The notes under the pieces were generated by a model. It was given only the letters and a program-made list of their open reading frames with translations, was not told where the DNA came from and did not search any database. The translations under genes were made by a program, and so were the position numbers. From the human T2T-CHM13v2.0 reference genome, Homo sapiens, in assembly GCF_009914755.1 (NCBI RefSeq), contig NC_060936.1: a DNA stretch of 64,000 bases; one strand, given 5' to 3'. Of this stretch, positions 27,723 through 43,260 are shown one piece after another. Position 1 is the stretch's first letter. Each line of letters starts with the position of its first letter.

Positions 27723-29364
27723 ACCCTGGGGCGTTCTGCTCAAGACAAACTTCCACAGTGCAATAGCACATATGCATTCTAAACACCTAGAATTTGAGGA
27801 CACCAAAAACCAAGAGCATAGAGGGAAATGCCAAGGAGTGGGTAGCAGGGCCCCTATACAAATCCATCCGGGACTGGCACTGATATATAACCTAAAGAAC
27901 ACGAATTTGAGGATGAGACTGAGTTAGCCAAAGTTTACAACCACATGTCTAGTTCACATAAATTCTAGGAATGGTTTTGCCTTCCCTAAAGTGATGGAAG
28001 AAGAGTAGCCAAATGTTTTTTCCTCTCCCTATTTGAATAAGGGTTCCTCCACTTAGAAAATCTGACAACTTAATCAAGTTATTCAACCTCTCTGAGATTT
28101 AGCTTTCTCATCTATGCAACAGGGATATCTGCTGCATAGAGATGAAAAAGACATAAAGTCTGAAATAACATATAATTTAATAGGGGAAGATGGATGTGTA
28201 AATAACTAATACAAAATCAAACAGATTTAATTAAGAGCTATAGAAATGCAGATGAAAAAATCTATTGAAAATGTCATTCTGTGACTAGGAAGGTGAATAC
28301 TAAGTCCACTTGAGTTTCGATCCACTGGCTGCTAAATTATCCCACTTTCTAATGAGAAGACACAAAGAAACTTATACAAGTGGGAGCTGTTTGTTAAGCA
28401 ACAGAAGGTGAATAGAATTTCAATAAGTGAAGAAAAAATAAAAAATAAAGATGGCTGTTCTGGCCAATGAAAACCACATCAGCTAAGACATTCTTAGAAA
28501 ATGTAAAATAAAACTTGCCATAATGGGATAAGTGGGGTGTCAAAATCCAACCTAGTAAAATAAAGGTAGAAATGTTATGAGATTAATGACAAAAAAATAT
28601 TTTTCAATTGGTTGTCCAGTTACTAGGTGATGCATCATGTGGTTGGAAGGTGAGGGTCAAGGTGTCCTTGCCACTCTTGGTTTTAGGCAGTGTAGCTATT
28701 CAGTCTTCTGACTCAAAGTAGAAGAGAGCAGTGGAGATTGCCACACAGGTCACTATGCTTGGAGGGGGCTCCACTGTGTGGAAGAGGCAGGCAGAAACAG
28801 ATGGGGAGAGATATAGGGCTGGACTCTGGGAATGACACGTGTTGGAAGCACTGAAGCTTCCTCCCACTAGAAAGAAGGTTCAGCATATGCCTTCTGTCAA
28901 ATCTTTGCAATGTTAAATATGTTTCGAATTTAACTGCTAAATCCTCAAATGATCATGAGTCAGTCACTTCCTACTTCCCTTCTTCCTCCCTCAGCCCAAA
29001 AAAGCTAAGACCTTTAGTTCGCCCCAGGTTAAGGGGGCTGGATCCAGCTACATCAGCATTTGAATTACAGTGTGGTACCTTAACAACTTCTACTATAATA
29101 GTTTTGCAAAGCAGAAGCCTGTGGTTTGAGGACACAGAAGCTGTAAAAAGACATGAAACTAGAAAGGAAGACTGCTCTACTAAGGTGTGTGAGTGTTACT
29201 CTGTGGGCGATAAGTCAACGAAGTTTCTAGAGAGGGAAACAACTACACTGCATGTGAAGACAAAGCTGGTGACAAAATTGAGGTCATAATGAAGAGGTAA
29301 AAACTTACAGAGAATGAGATAGTATCATACCTAATATTTTCAGGTAAAAAAAATGAAGGCTTGA

Positions 29365-29784
<420 letters not shown>

Positions 29785-29939
29785 TGAACATTCTTTGATG
29801 TATAATCTTGTCATAGAACCACACACCAACCAAGCAGATTAAGGAGAAAGGACAATGTAGATCCTTCCTTATTTTTCTCCTTCTCTCTTCCTCCTTCCCT
29901 CCCTCCCTCCCTCCTTCCCTCCTTCTTGTCTGCCTGCCT

Positions 29940-30448
29940 GCCTGCCTTGGTAATCCAGCGTCTGAACCACCTCTCTGTTTTGGAAACATCACCCACTGCG
30001 TGATTCCAGGTAGGAGGCAGGGTGCCCCTACCACTACAGAAGCCAAAAGAGGCAAGATGCTTTCTGTCCCATCAACCTGCTGCCACTTGGCAAATCCACG
30101 GTCTTGCAACATAAATTAATACAACTATAAGCTTCTGCCCAGGAATTCTGAACGTAGAGTGAGTAAGTGGAAGGCAAAGAGATAGTCGGAATTCACTTTT
30201 GGTGCTGTGTGTCCCCACATCCTGCAGTGGTCCCCAGTGGCAGGGGTGATACATACTACAATTGCCCCATCCTGAGAAGACTGTCACAGCATTGAAGGCT
30301 TCAGAGATGACTTGGTCTCTGCACATTTTCCAGACTGCTCCTCAAGCTTTATGTGTATTCTTTGAGCCCCCATACCCTGCCAGGAAATCTCTTTAAGCTT
30401 AAGACAGCCCGTTTTTCTTATTATTTGCAACTGAAAACCTTGACTACA
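29940..30448 (+). mobile_element. Ancient ERVL-type solo LTR (LTR33/LTR16-like)
   Basis: 3' terminus gcttaag...tttgcaactgaaaaccttgacta is typical of ERVL/MaLR LTR ends; family uncertain. Confidence 0.45.
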
Positions 30449-30988
30449 AACAAAGAAATCATATTTTCCACATTTGCTAACAGGACACTGAGATTCAAAA
30501 AGACTGAGAGTTGCCTGTGATCACAGGAGCATTTAGTTGGCAGCTGCACAGGGCTCTTCCCACTAAGTGCTGTCAGTTGTTTATCACTGGACTCATCAAA
30601 TTCTGCATAGGAATGTGGAAAGAATTACTGCTAAAGGAAGGGTAATACCACTAATTACAATGTGTGTAAAGGGAAGCTGAATAAAATAAAAAATGTCATT
30701 AATATCAGGCAAGCTAAAACCTACAGCCTCAGGCTGCACTCCTCTCGCAAAGGAGTTGCAAATTGTAACATATTCTCTTTCATTGATTAACTTACAATGA
30801 AATCCTGCAAAATGAATCTAGGTGATGTATTCCCTTGGATAATTACATTTTATTCTTATAATATCTTGTTACCTCCTTACAAGTCATTGACTGCTATTCC
30901 CTTTTAAAAGATATTACATCTATTGAAGATATTGAAGAACAGACTGCCTGTTGTGGACTGAACGTCTTTACCTGCCTCCACCCCCCAA

Positions 30989-31283
30989 TTTTTTTTTTTT
31001 TTTTGATACAGCTTCTCAAAAAAAAAGACTAGAGTGCAGTGGTGTGATCTTAGCTCACTGCAACCTCCGCCTCCCAGATTTAAGCAATTCTCTCCTGCCT
31101 CAGCTTCCGGAGTAGCTGGGATTACAGGCGCCTGCCACCACGCCTGGCTAATTTTTGTATTTTTGGTAGAGATGGGTTTCACTATGTTGGCCAGGCTGGT
31201 CTTGAACCCCTGACCTCAAGTGATCTGCCTGCCTCGGCTTCCCAAAGTGCTGGGATTACAGGTGTAAACTACCGTGCCTGGCC
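30989..31283 (-). mobile_element. AluSx-like element
   Basis: T16 tail, two arms, ends gtgcctggcc; TSD ccaccccc. Confidence 0.96.
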
Positions 31284-31442
31284 CCACCCCCTCTCTATAT
31301 GTTGAAGCCCTAACCCCAATGTGGCTGTATTTAGAGATGGGGCCTTTCAGGAAGTAATTAAGGTTAAATAAAGATATAAGGGTGGGGCGCTGATGCAATA
31401 GGTTAATTGTCCTTATAAGAAGAGATACCAGAGAGGTCTCTG

Positions 31443-31474
<32 letters not shown>

Positions 31475-31633
31475 TGCCTGCTCCTAAAGGCCACATGAGG
31501 ACACAGTGAAAAGGCAACTGTTTGCAAGTCAGGAAGGGAGCCCTCACGAGAAATTAAATTGCCCTGAACCTTGATCTTGGACTAATAGCCTCCAGAAAAG
31601 TGAAAAAGTAAAATAAATTTCTGTTATTTAAGC

Positions 31634-31936
31634 CGGGGGTCCCCAAGGCCTGGGCCGTGGACTGGTACCAGTCTGTGGCCTGTTAGGAACTGGGCCACAC
31701 AGCAGGAGGTGATCAGCAGGTGAACAAGCATTACTGCAGCAGCATCAGTAGATTCTCATAGAAGCATGAACCCTATTATGAACTGCACATGCAAGGGATC
31801 TAGGTTGCATGCTCCTATGGAATCTAATGTGGAACAGTTTCATCCAGAAACCATCCCTACCCCACCCCACTTGTCCATGGAAAAAACTGTCTTCCATGAA
31901 ACCAGTCCCTGGTGCCAAAAAGATTGGGGATCACTG
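31634..31936 (+). mobile_element. MER1B (hAT-Charlie)
   Basis: cgggggtccccaa...ttggggatcactg; 8-bp TSD atttaagc / gtttaaga. Confidence 0.88.
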
Positions 31937-33366
31937 GTTTAAGACACGCAGTCAATGGAATTTTTTTATGGTAACATAAGTAGACTAAAAATCCAAAGCT
32001 ATTGAAAGCCAAAACAAAATCCAGTATTCAATAGTTTCACTTCCATGGATATTTTCCACTTTACTGACAAATCTTGTGCGTCTGTTGATCTAAACAATTT
32101 TTTCTGTTATACACTTTGCAATAAATTAAACTTCTAGATTTTAAAATTGGGCAGCTGATACTACACTATAATGATATATATATTCTCTCTGTGACTATAC
32201 TATTTAAGGTTATTATAATTTAATTTTGAAAGGAAAACTAATGCAGATGATTCGACATTTATTGAAGTGTCTACTGGTTCTTCTGGGGTTTATTTCAGTG
32301 TGACTTGTGAATCTATTAGGAATATGACTCATAAAGAAGACAAACCTTTGACATTAATTCTTATAGTAAAATCTCCATGGTTTAAGATGATCATATTTAT
32401 GATCACTTGAACACCATAAATCATGGGTCACAAGCCAAAAATGCTCCAATTTGTGGGTCAGACAGATAAAGCAAATGGGTGAAACAGGCTGGCTATAAGA
32501 ATTCCTAGTATTTATCCGAACATGTTTTTCTACTGGAACTGCTGAATCTCAGTGACTAGGAGAGGGGAGACCTTCTTCTAAGAAGGCTGTTACTATTTCA
32601 GCTGTAATTGATAGTTGAGGTACGGCAATGCAGATCCAAAATTAATAGGGATTAATCTGAAAATCTGGCTGGAAATCCAGATTTTAATGACAAAATATTT
32701 TGAATTTTTAAGTGTTGAATCATTAAGACACCCAAAAGCCAAATAAATCCCCATTGAGAGCTAATTGTGGCCCATAGGTCACTAATGGATGGCTCAGAAA
32801 TAGCCTTGCTGGCATAGAGTACTCCTGAATTAAAAGGTCATTCTCAACAATCCTGCATTCTGGAGATTGTGACAACAACGATACCCCCAATAACCATGTA
32901 AATCTACATTTTTTATAGTTTCCAAAATTACTGTCTGTGAACTTCCTCCACATTATTAAGTTCAGAATCTCCTAAAAAAAGAGCAGATGAGACATGTGCT
33001 ATACATTTATTTTATATATTATATGTTGGGTAAATGTATAGTCTATTTCTGTGTGATTTTGTGTTTGTGTGTTTGTGTTCACTGGAAACAGACAATGAAA
33101 ATGTTCTAAAAATGTTGAGCACCCCTCATTTTTACAGCAAAAACCAAATATGGAAAAAGCAACTCAATCATTAAAGTGAGGAATTTAGGCATAAATGTGA
33201 ACTGAATCCTCTTCTCCTCAACAGACTATCCCTCTAACTCTCTCTACAAACACCAAACTTGCTCCAGAATTATGTATTTTCTTCAATCATTAGGGAAAAA
33301 TGGGAACTAAAAATCATTTTTAAATACAGTTATGGACAAGTCAACAGTGTTAGCTAATAGTAATAG

Positions 33367-33840
33367 TGCATTAGTTTTCTATTGTTGCCATAACAAATTA
33401 AACCTGGTAACTTGAACTATATTTATTTAAAGTTCCATAGGTCAGAAGTCCAACATACATCTACCAGGCTAAAATCACAATGTCCACAGGCCTGCGTTTC
33501 TCCCTGGAGGCTCTAGTGGTGAATCTGTTTCCTTGCCTTTTCCAGCTGCTAGAGGATGTCTATGTTCCTGCTCATGACTCCTTATCTATTTTCAAATCCA
33601 GTAAGGTTGCATGTCTCTGACCAGTCTTCCATAGTCACATTTCCCTCTTAAGTTTCTTCTAAGGACTCATGTGATTAGATTGGGACCACCTGGATAACCC
33701 AGGATAAGCTCCTCATTTCAAGGTCCTTAACCTTAATCATATCTGAAAAATCCCTTGTGCCACGTAAGGTAGCATATTATTCACAGATCTGGGGATTAGG
33801 ATGTGAACATTTTTGGAGGGCTTTTATTCTACCTACCACA
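33367..33840 (-). mobile_element. MLT1D MaLR solo LTR
   Basis: Reverse strand starts TGTGGTAGGTAGAATAAAAGCCCTCCAAAAATGTTCACATCCTAATCCCC; 5-bp TSD aatag / aatac. Confidence 0.88.
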
Positions 33841-33854
33841 AATACCAACAATAA

Positions 33855-34090
33855 TAACAAGTATTATGTACTGAGTGCTTATTATGTTCCAGGTATCATA
33901 CTAACTACTTTACATGTGTTTTTCTTATTCTGTTATAAAAACAACATATAAGGTATGTAACATCATTCCATTTTAAAGATGAAGAAACTGAGACTAAAGA
34001 CTTAGGCAAATTGTTCATCATCACAACTAGTGGATAGTAGAAGAAGAATTCAAATCTAAGAAACCTGAGTGAGTTATTATCCACAAGCTA
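33855..34090 (-). mobile_element. MIR
   Basis: tactgagtgcttattatgttccagg...ccattttaaagatgaagaaactgagact. Confidence 0.8.
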
Positions 34091-35103
34091 AATGCCACAA
34101 AATGATCCTGGAGAAAAGGGGGCCAGGGAAAGATCACGATTTGATTTGGACAAACTAAAGAGATTCTACGCCATTTCCTGTCTTCTGGTTGTTGTTGTTA
34201 GTTGTGGTAGTTCACTATATTTTTGCAAATCATTTTTTAAATTCCTCAGATAACAACTTAATGGTAATGAATTTTTGAGAAAAATTCTAAAATCAGCTCT
34301 CACTAAGCCACACTGAAAATTTGCTTTCATGGAGTTCCAAGAACACCAACAAAACCTTCTGCCTTCTTTGGAATGTAATACTATATCACCTTAATACTAG
34401 GCCTGCATTGATTATTGGAAGTCTCATCAATTTAACAAACAATTTTTTGGCAAAAAAGAAAAATAACATACAACAAAGACAAAATAAAGCGTTAACACTT
34501 AAAGTTGCACATCTTAATTAGAATGTCTATAGACTGTCAGAAATGTTTCAGAAACCATAAATGTGTCTTAGAATTTTCTGTAAGACTTTCTGGCTTTATC
34601 TCTTACAATTCCATTCACACTAAACTTGCTATTATACAACAACCTACTCTTCCTGCTTCTTGAAATGTCTTCTCTCACTTCTTTCTCTCTTGAAACGTCT
34701 GTTCATCCTTAAAAACCTCAATTTCAATGTCACTTAGTTGGTGATGTGTGGCCATACCCAGGTTTCAGCCAGATGACTCACTGCCTTCTCTGAGCTCCCC
34801 ACAGCTCTCTGCACATTTTTTGGCTACAAATTGTACCATACTGTGCTGTAATGATTGATTTACACTATTCCCATCTATTAAATTGGACAATAACCTTACC
34901 ATGTACCTATATGAAAGCTCTGGTGTAAAGAAAAGTAAAAGAAATGTGTGACAGCTTATGGGTTTTTCACAATCACTCACACACAGTTCCTACACCATAC
35001 ATTTTTACTACTCTAACTCTCTCTACTCTTGTCCTTCAACCTGATACAGTTTATCTGTACTTGGCTGAAGTGGGTTAATTAACTACATATAATACTCATC
35101 GTT

Positions 35104-35322
35104 TGTGGTAGTCAGTCTCTAAAATGGTCCCCTCTGATATCTATCTCCTGCTAGCCATACCTTTGTGTAATCCCCTTCGGTTTAGTGTGGGCTGGACCTA
35201 GTGATTTGTTTCTAACCAATAGTTTACAGCAAAAGTAACAGGATGTCAGTTCCTATTGGAATGCAGCTATTCCACAACCAGATTCCTGACCCACAGACAC
35301 AGTAAGGAAACACTCTTCAAGC
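35104..35322 (+). mobile_element. MLT1E/F-type LTR, internally deleted
   Basis: tgtggtagtcagtctctaaaatggtcccc...tgtgggctggacctagtgatttgtttctaaccaatag, then agattcctgacccacagacac. Confidence 0.75.
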
Positions 35323-38172
35323 AGTCAGTGTGGCTGTGTCTCACCCCAACAGAAGCACACAGGAGAGATGAGGCTTCTGATTTGGGGGAAGAAACTCTAT
35401 CTCAGGGCCCAAAACCATGACTTGTCATGAATGTGACACTGCAGAGGCACCGCGGGCTGGGGAGGAAAGAAGAGCAGCGAGGCGAGGCAATGTCACCAGG
35501 AGGTTATACACCCACTGCAAGATTAGATCAGCAGCAGAATGGGAAGACGAACTCTGCTCCACGGAGCACTCAGAAGGTGATAAGGCACAAGGAAGGTCAA
35601 ATTTCATCCTGGCTAACATGTCAAAGCCAACAATCAAGAAAGGAAATGAAAGGCATCTGTTGAGCTTCAAATTCAGCAATCCTCTCCTCTGCAGGTGTCT
35701 GTTGCTAAGACACCGTTATTATTACACTCCGGGCATGTATAATCCTTTTATTCCCCTAGGGGAGTTTTCAGCTATCTGCTTTTCATATAAAAATCTTGAA
35801 GTGAAACAACTAATACATCCACCTGGGACAAAGGTAAACTAGGGTTTGACTAATAAGTCAAAGTAGGTGAGGCTTGCTAATGAGGCGGCTCCCACCGTCC
35901 CAGTCCTCAGGTGAGCTTGCAGAGAGGCAGGTTCACAGGGAAACATGCCACTGGTGCTCTAAAGACCAAACTATGGCCAGCTGGGCTGGAGGTTGTATAT
36001 GGATATGACAGATGCATATGATGCTACATAAAGGCTCTGACAAGCCTAAAAGCCACTACGTTGAAGCTGGTGTGCTTCCCCCACTCACTGACAGATTCAG
36101 AGAGCACAGACTCCTTTCCAAGCTTTTCATCTTTAAAAAAGGCAATTCAGCTCCCAGAGGCTTTGAGCCTGTTCCATTTTGAGCTGACTGCTAATTGTAT
36201 GCATGCACATATGTGTTTCAGAAAAGAGATAAGCACATTGCCTTGGCCTCCTCAGTAACTGTGGAGACACGTCTCACTTCTGTTCTCTGTGAGTTTTCTA
36301 AATGTGGCCTGAAGTTTTCCAAACATTAACCCTTCCTGGTAACCAGAGTACATGCTTTTCTAGAGATGCTTCCTGGATTATGTTTGCTTAGAAATAGTTT
36401 TTCATCATTAATTCTTTGAGTCCTAGGGCCTGGTATTTTAATTTGCTTTTGTGATCATGTTTATATTTTCAAATTACTTAATAAGTAACATTGTCATAAT
36501 AGATAATGAACCACAGGAGATGAATGAGGCATCATTTAGCTTTAGGGGGCATACTTTACATTTTAAAACCTAAAGTTGTCTGATTTTCAAGTTTTATAAA
36601 AAGGCTGATATATGCCACAATTTCCTGATAGTTTGCAATGCTGATTTCAGGAAAAGAAAATTTGAAATGGTTGTTCACAAAAATGCAAAAGTCATTTCCA
36701 ATAATGATGGCAACTAGTGGCCAGATGGTAGGATTGTCTGATTGTTGACTGTGGCTCTTTCTAAAATAAATTCACACAGAAGCAGCCAGGCTCACAAAAT
36801 CTGTCCTGCTTGAGAATGGCCCAGACCTGCTGATTGTTTAGAGGTGCTATTCTTTACCCCAGGAAGATTAGTATTGTGAAACCCTGAATGTTTCCATTTA
36901 GTCCCTGGGTATCACAATCTAACATTCATTCTGGAAATTCTTCCTAGGAAGTACAACAAATCCTCCAAAGGCAGGAATTTTCCAACTTCCAGAGTAACCG
37001 TACATCAAGGTTTTTAAGCCCCTATTCACAGGTACAGAAGAAGTACAGTCGAATAAACAATAACACATTGAGTCCATTGCTCCAACACAGCTATCTCATG
37101 TAAGTTTACAACTCAGTTTAAAATTAACCAGAGAAAAGTGCCCAGTTGAAAGGGTCCCAGTGAGAAATAAGACATTTCCTCAACATAAGAACTTGTCTAA
37201 CCATAAGAGTCACAATAAAAACAGCTAGTGTTCATTAAACATTTCTTTTGCAGTAAGCATTTTACTAAAGGAAAAGTGTACAAGGCACTTTACAACTAAA
37301 ATAACTTTGTTTAATGTTTTTGTGAAAGCTGATATGCATATTTCCACTTCTGGCTCTTTGTCATCGTCCTTCTCAATCTGTGCTTCTTGTGGCCCTATCT
37401 ACTCTGTCATTGTCCCCAGTATTCTTACTTCTTTTACCATTTATATACCAGTAATTATTATGGTACATGCACACACGATAAATTATCTGTTTTGTTCTGT
37501 ACTTGTGATTTTGATAAATCCATTGAAAGCTATTTTTAAATAGCTGATATGAAGGTATTGTTTGTCCATACAATAAATTTTTGCTGCAATACAAATTTTT
37601 GGGGAAGAAGAATAAAAACAATAACATTGCTGCCTTTTCAACATATCGTTTCTTTAAATCCATCAAAGAAATTACCTTTCTGGTATTATTTTAAATAAAT
37701 TAAACACACAGAGCAATGTTTGAGAAAGGGGCATGCATGGGTTACAACTGACTTAAAATCTTTGCTTTAGTTGCTCAGCAGCAAATTCTTTTCTGTAACC
37801 TTTTGCACCCAAAAATAGTATCCAAGACTCTTTTAAGGCTAGAAAATCAATAGTGATGAGGAAAAGTGAAGAAAATATCATCATAAAATTCACCACTCTT
37901 TCTTCATAATTAGCAAATTAAACAAGACTGACAAACAGGACACTAGTGATAACTTCTTTAAATAAAAATATTTAACTCATTTAATATTTCACTGGAGAGA
38001 GAAAGAAAAGAGAGAGAGAGTGTGTGTGCGGATGTGCATGCATCTGTGTGGTATATGAGGTATGACTCAAAACTGAATTTTTCCTCAAATTACCAGCCGT
38101 TTATTCCACTACCATTAATTGAGATTCTTCACACATTGTCTTATGAGACCACATTTAAAAGATTTGAAATTC

Positions 38173-40310
<2,138 letters not shown>

Positions 40311-40946
40311 TGATAACTTTTTAAAAAAATTCAACATCAACCATGTTAGAGAAAAAGAATTGACCACAAAAAGATAATAAAATATAAGCACTAGGCATAT
40401 TCAATGCTATAAAAAGTTAAGTACTTTCAGAAGTGAAACTCCTTGAGGAACACCAGAGGAGCCCCTTTTTTTTCAACAACAAAAACTCAAGTATCTAGTA
40501 GAACTCCTTGTGCTTAGACACTTTATAAACCTCCTATGATATGTGACATGGACCAAAGCCAGCATCAGAAGGCCCTGGGATAACAGAAGCAGTAAAAATC
40601 AGTAGAAAGTATATGGAGCATGCACCAGGATAGTGTAATTTGAGGGGCCCTAAGAAATTTTCTCTGCTGCCTCTGCTGAGGCCTGTAATTTTATCTTCGG
40701 AGAATCATTCACCTAGGTTAAGCTAAAATCCGGGTTTTGATAGAAGAAAGGAGACAGAAGAACTTAGTGGTGAGTGGGACTTAAAACAGGGTCCTTTTTG
40801 TGGCCAAAGGACAATAAAAGGACACTGGGGACCACAAGAAGTAAGAGAAGGTATCCCTATACAGGGCCTAAAGGAAATTCAAAGGGGAACAGGGAAAGTT
40901 AAAAGGAAAATATGCATCTTACAATTTTAATTGGGTGACTCTAAAG

Positions 40947-41292
40947 CAGGATTTCCCAATCTTGGGACTATTGACATTTTGGGCCATGTAAATCTTTTTG
41001 GAGGATGAGGACCTAGCGTCCTGTGCCAGATATCTTGTAAAGGATGAAGATTAATCACTCATCTGAAAGGTAACCAGAGAAAAATTCCCATTGATGGGGT
41101 CCCAAGGAAATAAAACATTTCCTTAAGCAGATAGCTAGCCTAATAATATTACAGGATGTTTAGTTGCATCCCTGGCCTCTACCTACCAGATCCCAGTAGT
41201 AACCGCTTCCCACATAGTTGTATAACCAAAAATATCTCCAGATATTTTCAAGTATCCTTTGTCAGGTGGGAATGCACAATTGACAACCACTA
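40947..41292. mobile_element. MER20 (hAT-Charlie) with a 121-bp foreign insert
   Basis: actattgacattttgggcc...tcctgtgc | attacaggatgtttag..catccctggcctctacc...acaaccacta; TSD ctctaaag / ccctaaag. Confidence 0.88.
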
Positions 41293-41527
41293 CCCTAAAG
41301 GATCAATTTAATCCCTAGGCTGGGGCAAGAGAATTTTCCATCCCTTCTACCCATCCATTCTTCCCATTCTCCTATTCCCACGCTAAAGAACTACACAACA
41401 TAGAGCTCATCAACACAAAAGAAGAATCAGAATTCCTTTTTTGTTGTAGTAGAGAGCAGAGAGAAATGTGAGGAAGATCTGAAATGAGTGTCTCTTCACT
41501 CAGATCTTTACTCAAAATTCTTGATTC

Positions 41528-42258
41528 TGTTATAGGTAGTTAGACAGGCATGAGTGGGGCAGGAGAGGGTTCTCCTCCACTCACCAGGAATGTTAGGTGA
41601 TGGTTTGGCAATTATCACATTGCTTCTTTAAAAGTGATGAATTGGCAGCCAGCACTAGGGAAAGGCCATTTCCTGAGGGTCCACACGTGTCCACTAAAGC
41701 GTTAACTGAATGCAGATGCCAGGGAGAAGCAACTTCCCTGGCATGTGCATTAAGAGACAAAATGACATAGTATGACTTTCCAGGGGCATTCCAGTGGAAA
41801 AGGGAAGAAAGCCTCAGATGAGCATGCATACAACTTCCTAAATACACTGTGCATGCTCACTTCCCAAGCGTAAGGAGGGCACTGCACATGCAGGCAGCCC
41901 ATCCTAAGGGAAGAATCATGGGAAAGGGGGGCAAGATGTTGGAGGTGGGCCAGCTTATACAGTCCTAGGATCAAGGTTAAACACAGCACTTGTCCTTTGG
42001 GTCACCCATCTGGGACTCTTCTTGCAAGTGTACTTTCTTTCTTGCACTAAAACTTTTTAATAAACTTCCACTCCTGCTCTGAAACTTGCCTCAGTCTCTT
42101 TTTCTGCCTTATGCCCCTCAGTCCTCAGTTGAATTCTTTCTTCTGAGGAGGTAATCAGTGAGGTTGTTGCAGACCTGTATGGATTCACCACCGGTAACTC
42201 GAATGTCTTCCACCAGTAACACAGTGACATGTGACTCAGATATTTGCCACTGGTAACA
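41528..42258 (+). mobile_element. MER50-type ERV1 solo LTR
   Basis: TG...CA termini (tgttataggtagttagacaggcatgag ... ggtaaca), internal aataaa, 4-bp TSD attc / attc. Confidence 0.85.
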
Positions 42259-42494
42259 ATTCCATCTTTGTTTCTAGAGATGTTTCATGCTTTTTCCATT
42301 ACTCAAGGCCAGTTCCAAGAAGAGATTCCCAGTAAAACTCAAGAAGATCTACCCAATTTAATTAATGCTTACGTGAGTGAACCAAAAAAAGCCATTCGTC
42401 CATATAAGTAATCAAGAAACTTTGTTATGCATAAACAAAATAGGTTACTTTTGCAGAGATCCTGAAGAATGGGCCTCAAGCATCTTGGCTCATG

Positions 42495-42666
42495 TTTTCT
42501 CTTCCACTCTCTTCCCTTTTCTCTTCCCTTTTCCATTTCTTTCCTTCTCTTCCCTTCCATATTTTTCTCTTCTCTATTTCCCTCTCTCTGTTCTCCCTTC
42601 CCCCTTCCTTTCCTTTATCTTTTCTCCCTCCCTCCTGCTCCTCTCTCTCTCTGTCTTTCTTCCCTT
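42495..42666. repeat. CT-rich polypyrimidine low-complexity tract
   Basis: About 170 nt almost entirely C/T. Confidence 0.9.
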
Positions 42667-43104
42667 GTGATACCCAGTATTTTTTCTATAGGAACACGAA
42701 ACGATGTAAAGAGAGAAATTATGAAGCATTAATTAGAAAAAATAATAACACCTTCAATGAAAGGAAAATTATATTGAGTTTAGAAGAGCAAAAACAAATG
42801 CATCATTTGTGCAAATAGTGCAACTGAGTCATTTCCACAACTTTGGAATAGAGTCAGAGGCCCAGAAAATGGTGATTCATATTTATTCCACTAACTTCTG
42901 ATTTAGGGTCATTATTATAAGATCTGTAGGGTAAAAATTTCTCTTGGAATTGAAGCTAATTAACTGAAATAACCTATAAAGACAGTAGTTTAAATAATGA
43001 ACATAATGTATTGAATAGTGTGTTTCTACATAAAATATGAATCATTTCCCTTTACTTTTGTATGACTGCAAATTAGACAAACAGTGAATAGTATAAGAGT
43101 TATA

Positions 43105-43260
43105 ATAAAGAGGTTCATATTCCAGCCCCCTTTGCTTCTCACTAGATGTTTAACTATGGATAAAGCAATCTCTCTGAGCCTCAGTTTCTTCATTTGTGAA
43201 ACTTAAGGGATTTAACCAGATTATCTTTAATAATTCTTCCATCTACAAAATTTTATGAAC
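43105..43260 (+). mobile_element. MIR fragment
   Basis: tctctctgagcctcagtttcttcatttgtgaaa. Confidence 0.7.

Larger units (their letters stand above)
30949..31990 (+). mobile_element. MLT1A-type MaLR LTR hosting an Alu, a (TTTC)n repeat and a MER1B
   Basis: tgttgtggactgaa...tatgttgaagccctaaccccaatgtg...ccttgatcttggact...aataaatttctgttatttaag, resuming after 31936. Confidence 0.85.

Noticed and set aside
35417-35842. 141-aa ORF in a slightly GC-richer unique region
   Set aside because: No recognisable domain or promoter context and antisense to NELL2. A regulatory role cannot be judged from sequence alone.
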